A stretch of DNA of 64,000 nt from a virus: the IMG/VR virus record IMGVR_UViG_3300021137_000006, positions 1-64,000 of that record, one strand, 5' to 3'. A model generated the notes under the pieces. The model saw only the letters and a list, made by a program, of their open reading frames with translations, made no database searches and was not told the origin of the DNA. A program made the translations under genes and the position numbers. This document shows, one piece after another, positions 59,086 to 64,000 of the stretch. Position 1 is the stretch's first letter, and each line of letters opens with the position of its first letter.

Positions 59086-59274
59086 ATGAAGATCACAATC
59101 CACACTTGCCCTTACAAAGGTTTCCGCCACATCACCGTTGGTGGAGATAGTTCATCTTACACTGCTAACCTGTACGGAAAGTGCTGGAGCGTGTTTTACA
59201 AGGGACAGTTGATTGGTGCTACTCCGAAAGTGCGTCGGATTGAATTCATCATTGCTGAAAGTTTGAAGCCGTGA
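59086..59274 (+). CDS. Small early hypothetical protein
   Basis: AAGGA RBS before ATG 59086. Confidence 0.65.
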   Translation: MKITIHTCPYKGFRHITVGGDSSSYTANLYGKCWSVFYKGQLIGATPKVRRIEFIIAESLKP

Positions 59275-59311
59275 CTAAATACGCTAATACACACAACACG
59301 AAGGTATAAAA

Positions 59312-59668
59312 ATGTCCCCAGAACAATTCTTGACGCTGGCTGGTATACCAGTAACAACACAGATCGTTCGTCGATTGAACGAAGCAGTTAAGTCAGGTGA
59401 TCAGTTTTCACAATCTAAAGCCAGAGTACTGGCGGTGATTGATACTTTCTACCAACAGTACGGGATCAAAGGGTATGTGAATAGGTTCTTTGATGCCGAA
59501 GCTGCAGCCCAGGGAATATTCTTTAAAGCTGAAGTCGGTAATTATAATCCGGAAGAAGTAGATGTGTCGGAAGTACTCGATGAGTTGAATAGCATCCCAG
59601 GAGTGCATGCTGAGGAGTGTTATACGGCAGATCAAACATATGGAGTAGAGATTACAATTAATCGTTGA
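59312..59668 (+). CDS. Late protein with scaffold-like leader
   Basis: TAAATA upstream; QFLTLAGI...RLNE|A. Confidence 0.6.
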   Translation: MSPEQFLTLAGIPVTTQIVRRLNEAVKSGDQFSQSKARVLAVIDTFYQQYGIKGYVNRFFDAEAAAQGIFFKAEVGNYNPEEVDVSEVLDELNSIPGVHAEECYTADQTYGVEITINR

Positions 59669-59693
59669 CTTGTTTGTAGTGTGGTGAGATAAT
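59665..59693 (+). promoter_or_regulatory. Sigma70 promoter
   Basis: TTGACT-N17-GATAAT. Confidence 0.75.
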
Positions 59694-59699
59694 TATCAC

Positions 59700-59876
59700 A
59701 TGAATAAATTTAAAGCACTTGCAGCGAAGTATGATTTCACCTTGTGGTACGATCGTAGTTTGAAATTGTGGTCACTGACTGATAATACAGGTCAGAAAGA
59801 TGCGTATTACTTCACCAAGCACTTGATAGTGTCTGTGTCACTGGAGGCATTCGAACATTATCACTTCAATGACTAG
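59700..59876 (+). CDS. 58-aa hypothetical protein, probably leaderless (absent from the ORF track)
   Basis: ATG 7 nt after the -10 box; MNKFKALAAKYDFTLWYDRSLKLW... Confidence 0.6.
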   Translation: MNKFKALAAKYDFTLWYDRSLKLWSLTDNTGQKDAYYFTKHLIVSVSLEAFEHYHFND

Positions 59877-59877
59877 C

Positions 59878-60093
59878 ATGCTGGTTAAAACTTACAAAAA
59901 TGTGTACAGCTCTGATCTACGAGCGCGAGCAGGGCATCCGCCTGATGTGCTGCAATTGCGAATCGTGGACGAAACTGGAGTCCTCCATTGGGTTGGAGAG
60001 CATGCGCTGCCAGAAGACGATGACGCATATCGTGCGAATCTTAAGCGAGTGAGAGCTCGGTTGGTGTACGCTGCGAAAAAACATGGGTATTGA
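59878..60093 (+). CDS. Hypothetical protein
   Basis: ATG abuts the upstream stop. Confidence 0.55.
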   Translation: MLVKTYKNVYSSDLRARAGHPPDVLQLRIVDETGVLHWVGEHALPEDDDAYRANLKRVRARLVYAAKKHGY

Positions 60094-60132
60094 CCAGTTG
60101 CTAACTTAATCAATTACAACGACTATTGACAT

Positions 60133-60387
60133 ATGATATACAAACAAACGGTTATCGCAATTTCTATTCACCAAACGGGTGTGAATCCAATCTTCGGTGA
60201 AGGTGCCACGCACGTTAAGTTGTGTGATGATGCAGCTGGGTATTTCATTGAGTTGAGTCAGGCAGACGAATCTGCTGAAAATGGTGTAGTGCGATTTGAC
60301 CCAACGGAATGGGAAGCAATCAACGCTGCAGTGAAGACGCTGCTAAATAGCGCACCAGTTGCAGACAACTTTGCTAGTGTTGTATAA
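60133..60387 (+). CDS. Hypothetical protein
   Basis: NPIFGEGATHVKLCDDAAGYFIEL. Confidence 0.65.
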   Translation: MIYKQTVIAISIHQTGVNPIFGEGATHVKLCDDAAGYFIELSQADESAENGVVRFDPTEWEAINAAVKTLLNSAPVADNFASVV

Positions 60388-60397
60388 TAAGAATATT

Positions 60398-60485
60398 GGG
60401 GTGTGGAGGTACTGGGTACCAAGCGGCTTTGAATACCGTTCCACTGTTAATAGCGGTGATAGTTCGATTCTATCACGCCCCGCCA
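60398..60485 (+). tRNA. tRNA-Ser(TGA)
   Basis: Loop TTTGAAT, long variable arm, G73, CCA. Confidence 0.82.
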
Positions 60486-60491
60486 AGATTT

Positions 60492-60583
60492 GGAAGATTT
60501 TCTAGTCAGGGATACTAGCCGCGCTTGGAAAGCACGTGGAGCGTCAATGTGCGCCGGAGGTTCGAATCCTCAGTCTTCCGCCA
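60492..60583 (+). tRNA. tRNA-Ser(GGA)
   Basis: Loop TTGGAAA, long variable arm, G73, CCA. Confidence 0.85.
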
Positions 60584-60591
60584 TGAAATGT

Positions 60592-60708
60592 AGTTGCTCC
60601 TGCTGGGCCAGGAGTTCCCACCGAGGGTAGTATGCTATTCGATTCAGCTGAAAGTATGGTACACATAAATCCGCACGGTTCGGAAAGGTTCGAATCCTTT
60701 AGCAACTT
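60592..60708 (+). ncRNA. tRNA-like RNA with acceptor stem and T arm but a non-canonical middle of about 85 nt
   Basis: AGTTGCT/AGCAACT stem stacked on AAAGG-TTCGAAT-CCTTT; no CCA. Confidence 0.55.
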
Positions 60709-60716
60709 CGTATATT

Positions 60717-60791
60717 GCCCTTGAAGTGTAGACAGCGACACACTTGTTTCGTAATCAAGAGAGTGGTGGGCAGGTCACCACAAGGGCACCA
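60717..60791 (+). tRNA. tRNA-Thr(CGT), atypical T loop
   Basis: Loop TTCGTAA; T arm TGGTG-GGCAGGT-CACCA; CCA. Confidence 0.83.
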
Positions 60792-60871
60792 TTTAAAAGA
60801 GTTTTCGTCCCCTGCGAGAATTCTTCTAAATGGTCGGATTTTTCAGACTATATACATTAAGCGGATACAGA

Positions 60872-61288
60872 ATGGCGTACAGCAAGCACAATATAACATG
60901 CTTACACTGTGGCACGGAGCGAGAACAGAGCAAACACTCAGCAAGAGGAAAGTTCTGTTCAAACAGGTGTCAAGTTGATTACCAGTACAACCAGTTTATA
61001 CAGCGTTGGTTAGCTGGCGAGGAGACTGGTTTGAGTGGACAGCGTGGAATAAGTTTGCACGTTCGACGTTTTGTATTTGAAAAGTTTGATAGCAAGTGTG
61101 TTGAGTGTGGCTGGAATCAAAAGCACCCAACAGATGGTCGAATTCCACTGGAAGTAGATCACATAGATGGTAACTGGATGAATACGACGGAATCTAATTT
61201 GCGGTTGTTGTGTCCAAACTGTCATTCACTTACGATAACTTATAAGTCGAGAAATCGACAGAGTAGTAGAAAGTACAAGCCCGATTAG
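60872..61288 (+). CDS. HNH endonuclease
   Basis: FCSNRC, CVECG and LEVDHIDGN...NLRLLCPNCHSLT; ATG 60830 is an alternative start. Confidence 0.9.
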   Translation: MAYSKHNITCLHCGTEREQSKHSARGKFCSNRCQVDYQYNQFIQRWLAGEETGLSGQRGISLHVRRFVFEKFDSKCVECGWNQKHPTDGRIPLEVDHIDGNWMNTTESNLRLLCPNCHSLTITYKSRNRQSSRKYKPD

Positions 61289-61426
61289 CTCAGGGGTAGA
61301 GCAACCGCCTTTTCGGAGAGGATAATGACCTCTCTCCACAGGAGATTCTCACGAGTCTCCTGTACAGGAGGATAACTCCAAAAGGTAAGCGGTAGGTCGT
61401 CTGTTCGAATCAGACATTGGGCACCA
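61279..61426 (+). tRNA. tRNA-Thr (TGT or GGT) with a 73-nt insert in the anticodon
   Basis: Canonical halves GCCCGAT...ACCGC-CT(T) and (G)GTAA-GCGGT...GTTCGAAT...ATTGGGC-ACCA flank three hairpins. Confidence 0.85.
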
Positions 61427-61433
61427 AAATTTA

Positions 61434-61508
61434 GCTCCTAAAGTGTAGATGGCGACACACTGGTTTTGTAATCCAGAAAGCGAGGTTCAAGTCCTCGTGG
61501 GAGCACCA
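61434..61508 (+). tRNA. tRNA-Thr(TGT)
   Basis: Loop TTTGTAA; CCA. Confidence 0.9.
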
Positions 61509-61513
61509 TATAT

Positions 61514-61588
61514 GGGTCGTTAGTTCAGCGGTAGAACTCTATCCTTACACGGTAGCTGTCGGCGGTTCGATCCCGTCACGACCCACCA
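61514..61588 (+). tRNA. tRNA-Val(TAC)
   Basis: CTATC-CTTACAC-GGTAG; CCA. Confidence 0.93.
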
Positions 61589-61594
61589 CCTTAT

Positions 61595-61669
61595 ACGCGG
61601 GTAACTCAGAGGCAGAGTAACTCTGTTACATAGAGAAGGCCGGGATTTCGAAATTCCCCCTGCGTACCA
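61595..61669 (+). tRNA. tRNA-Val(TAC), second divergent copy
   Basis: CTCT-GTTACAT-AGAG; CCA. Confidence 0.85.
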
Positions 61670-61673
61670 ATTT

Positions 61674-61748
61674 GCCCATTTATTTCAGTGGTAGACAGCT
61701 TTCTTGGTAAGAAAGAGGACATTGGTTCAATTCCAATAATGGGCACCA
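61674..61748 (+). tRNA. tRNA-Thr(GGT)
   Basis: CTTTC-TTGGTAA-GAAAG; CCA. Confidence 0.9.
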
Positions 61749-61792
61749 CTTATTGCCACCAATTCCCAGCAATCTCTGCTGTAAGTAACTAC

Positions 61793-62506
61793 ATGGCAAA
61801 AATCTTCTTACGCTTACCATCCACGTCTTCAGTGGACCTACGACCAGATGCTGATTATGTTATCAATCAGCAATCGTACGGCTCTTGTACAGCAAACGCA
61901 GGGTGCGCGTGCATGGAAATTATGTACAAGCAACGTAATGATGTGTCGATCGAATTTAGTAGATTGTTTTTATACTTCTGTGAGCGGACATTAGAAGGTG
62001 CACCCGACGACGATGTCGGTGCACCGGCTGTTCTAATTGGAGAATCTTTACTAACTTACGGAGTGTGCAAAGAAGAATTGTGGCAATATAATAAAGAGAA
62101 TATGTTCGATACTCCACCCCAAGCTGCGTTTGATCAAGCACTCTCTTATAGAATTGCTGGATATCGACTATTAGATGGAGCCTTACTTACCGCAATTAAA
62201 ACCAGTTTGAATAACGGTGTCCCAATTTTGCTTAGTTTAATTGTAACAACGTCATTCAGAACCTTGACGGGACCCTGGAAGACTCATAACTGGAACACTA
62301 CAATAACACGTAGTAATAAAGTACTCGGTGGACACGAAGTTGCGATCATTGGATATGATGATGCTGCTAAGCGACTGTTAATTGAAAATTCCTGGGGACG
62401 CGGATGGGGAGATGGTGGATTCGGCGGCATTCGATATAGCGCTATCGATTCTCAACTATTCGGAGACCTGTGGGTCCTACAACCAAATTTTGCGACTGTA
62501 TCATAA
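61793..62506 (+). CDS. Papain-like (C1) cysteine peptidase
   Basis: VDLR, NQ..YGSCTANA, SRLFLY, GGHEV..IGYD and NSWG..WGDGG; start moved to ATG 61793 to avoid the tRNA. Confidence 0.9.
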   Translation: MAKIFLRLPSTSSVDLRPDADYVINQQSYGSCTANAGCACMEIMYKQRNDVSIEFSRLFLYFCERTLEGAPDDDVGAPAVLIGESLLTYGVCKEELWQYNKENMFDTPPQAAFDQALSYRIAGYRLLDGALLTAIKTSLNNGVPILLSLIVTTSFRTLTGPWKTHNWNTTITRSNKVLGGHEVAIIGYDDAAKRLLIENSWGRGWGDGGFGGIRYSAIDSQLFGDLWVLQPNFATVS

Positions 62507-62568
62507 CTGGATAATGTCCAACCTTGCGAGGGTTGATTATGGAGGTTCAAGTCCTCTCGGTCGCACCA
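62492..62568 (+). tRNA. tRNA-Arg(GCG)
   Basis: CAACC-TTGCGAG-GGTTG; CCA. Confidence 0.88.
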
Positions 62569-62599
62569 CTAAATAAACACACGCAATTTTGATAGTTTT

Positions 62600-62685
62600 G
62601 GAGAAGTGGCGAAATGGTAGCCGCACTTGTTTGCTAAACAAGCACTGGAAACGGTGTGCAGGTTCAAGTCCTGTCTTCTCCGCCA
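62600..62685 (+). tRNA. tRNA-Ser(GCT)
   Basis: CTTGT-TTGCTAA-ACAAG; long variable arm; CCA. Confidence 0.92.
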
Positions 62686-62710
62686 ATTTATACAACTAGG
62701 AGCTTAACAC

Positions 62711-62881
62711 ATGGCACGCAAGCACGGTAGAGAACTAATTAAACTAGAGTCCACATCCGGTTCAGGACACTTCTACACAACTGACAAGAATAAGAAGACT
62801 ACTCCGGGGAAACTGGAGTTCAACCTGTACGACCCAATCATTCGCAAGCACGTCGCTTACAAAGAAGTTAAGCTCAAATAA
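62711..62881 (+). CDS. rpmG: 50S ribosomal protein L33 (Zn-free type; absent from the ORF track)
   Basis: [56 protein letters not shown]; AGGAG RBS. Confidence 0.93.
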   Translation: MARKHGRELIKLESTSGSGHFYTTDKNKKTTPGKLEFNLYDPIIRKHVAYKEVKLK

Positions 62882-62887
62882 CAGAAT

Positions 62888-62993
62888 TTTGTAGTTAAGT
62901 CGGTCAGACTTTGGTAAAGGCGATGCGGAATGGTTTAGGCCACGTTAAATATCGAAGCGCATCTTAATGATAATGTGTGCAGCCTACTACAAA
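62888..62993 (+). ncRNA. Candidate structured RNA
   Basis: TTTGTAGT/ACTACAAA closing stem and GATGCG/CGCATC inner stem. Confidence 0.4.
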
Positions 62994-62996
62994 TAT

Positions 62997-63074
62997 GCGT
63001 CCGTAGCTTAACTGGATAAAGCACTGGAATTCGAATCCAGTAGATTGCACGTTCAAGTCGTGTCGGGCGCACCA
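62997..63074 (+). tRNA. tRNA-Arg(TCG)
   Basis: CTGGA-ATTCGAA-TCCAG; CCA. Confidence 0.9.
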
Positions 63075-63119
63075 TTTTACCCTACTGTGATAAATAAAGT
63101 ATCACACATAGGGCTCACC

Positions 63120-63410
63120 ATGTCTCTCAACACTGTCTCTACCATATACGACTACGATATCGCTGATATCGCGTACTTCATCGTACCTCGCACACAAGCT
63201 GATACTACCTTCAAGCAGATCTCATTAAAGAAGTGCCAAATCCTTGCAAAACGCAGCTACGTTCAGCCAACTCAATCGACTCCGACTATTATCGGACCAA
63301 ACATTTCAGTTGTTCAGTATGATGTCAGATTCCTAGACAACACTACTCTCACGGTGATTCCGTCCCAACTACTCTCAGGGATTGAAGCTGTTGCTAACAT
63401 CATTGCATAA
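63120..63410 (+). CDS. Late hypothetical protein
   Basis: ATG 63120 downstream of TAAATA (63091-63096). Confidence 0.55.
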   Translation: MSLNTVSTIYDYDIADIAYFIVPRTQADTTFKQISLKKCQILAKRSYVQPTQSTPTIIGPNISVVQYDVRFLDNTTLTVIPSQLLSGIEAVANIIA

Positions 63411-63433
63411 ATAACTGAAATAATCCACATACT

Positions 63434-64000
63434 ATGTCATCACTACTAGAACGCCTCGCCAACATGGCTGGAGTCTCACTAAAAGAATCTGAGTTCCCTC
63501 GGTTCAAGACTATCAAGATTCCTCTAGTCGATGTCGGTCTCGATGATCAACCAGAAGCTGTCATTATGCAGTTCGCGCAAAAAGTCGCAGAACAGAATGA
63601 CGTACTAACAATCGAAGACTGTCGCGTTAACCGTAAGGCTGGTACTCTTGAATTTGATCCAATGTTGTCAAACGGGGAAGTATCACCGCGTCAAATCGCA
63701 GCTTTCCGCAGCTTCGCAATGGATTTTTTGAGCGATCCTGAAAACATTGACACGTACGAGAGCGTGCAAAAAGGTAAAACTGAAGATACTGCTAACTATG
63801 AAAAAGTACTCGGACATAATAATGCAATGTCGGGCTCTAGGCATCCAACAGCTATAAAACTAAAAACCGCACCTAAGGGATATAAGTTTAATGCTACTGG
63901 TCATCTCATACAGGAAGCTACTGGTAGCAACACACCGTATGATGAACTTGGTGCTTGGAAAGCTGCTGCAGCGAAAGCTGGTCTTGAAGTGTATTCACAA
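63434..64000 (+). CDS. Late protein with scaffold-like leader (3' truncated by window edge)
   Basis: TAAATA upstream; MSSLLERLANMAGVSLKE|S...LIQE|A; open to the window end. Confidence 0.65.
   Translation, partial: MSSLLERLANMAGVSLKESEFPRFKTIKIPLVDVGLDDQPEAVIMQFAQKVAEQNDVLTIEDCRVNRKAGTLEFDPMLSNGEVSPRQIAAFRSFAMDFLSDPENIDTYESVQKGKTEDTANYEKVLGHNNAMSGSRHPTAIKLKTAPKGYKFNATGHLIQEATGSNTPYDELGAWKAAAAKAGLEVYSQ

Noticed and set aside
60592-60708. tmRNA
   Set aside because: It is far too short, has no Ala-type G3-U70 acceptor (GGGG...CCACCA) and no tag ORF.
60715-60978. 87-aa ORF, and the 5' extensions of ORFs at 58295, 61688 and 63045
   Set aside because: They run through tRNA genes; downstream ATGs with an RBS or late promoter are better starts.
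61311-61384. Self-splicing group I intron or CsrA-sponge reading of the tRNA-Thr insert
   Set aside because: 73 nt is too short for a group I core and no P7-like elements are visible; most GGA motifs lie in stems rather than loops.
1-64000. Stop-codon reassignment (alternative genetic code)
   Set aside because: Core genes are full length in code 11, coding density is high, and I found no suppressor tRNA.

Overview
The window is part of a large T4-related (jumbo-like) myophage genome in standard code 11. The spanin pair, sigma70 promoters and a proteobacterial-type L33 point to a Gram-negative, probably proteobacterial host. Positions 1-41 kb hold tail fibres, a gp26/gp51-like pair, tape measure, portal, prohead protease, both terminase subunits, tail tube, scaffold, major capsid protein, RNR, GroES, PhoH, Hsp20, neck proteins and tail sheath. 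Positions 41-55 kb hold TraR/DksA, family B DNA polymerase, spanins, a TGT-like enzyme, a dUTPase/dCTP deaminase, an exonuclease, an Acb1-like nuclease, ClpP, primase and a PAAR gene. Positions 55.4-63.1 kb hold an array of 25 tRNA genes interspersed with HNH endonucleases, tRNA-like RNAs, a papain-like peptidase and ribosomal protein L33. The strongest candidate for a new system is the array leader: three tandem sigma70 promoters, then a 34-codon leader ORF with mutually exclusive antiterminator and terminator pairings. Its first 24 codons use only, and all of, the 11 amino acids served by the downstream tRNAs. This suggests an attenuator that switches on replacement tRNAs when host tRNAs are depleted or cleaved. 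Other notable items are a 73-nt structured insert in a tRNA-Thr anticodon, a host-like tRNA-Lys anticodon-loop mimic, late polyproteins punctuated by candidate prohead-protease sites, a putative -1 frameshift upstream of the tape measure gene, and a PAAR gene built from two identical units. All product calls come from motif recognition by eye; no searches were run.
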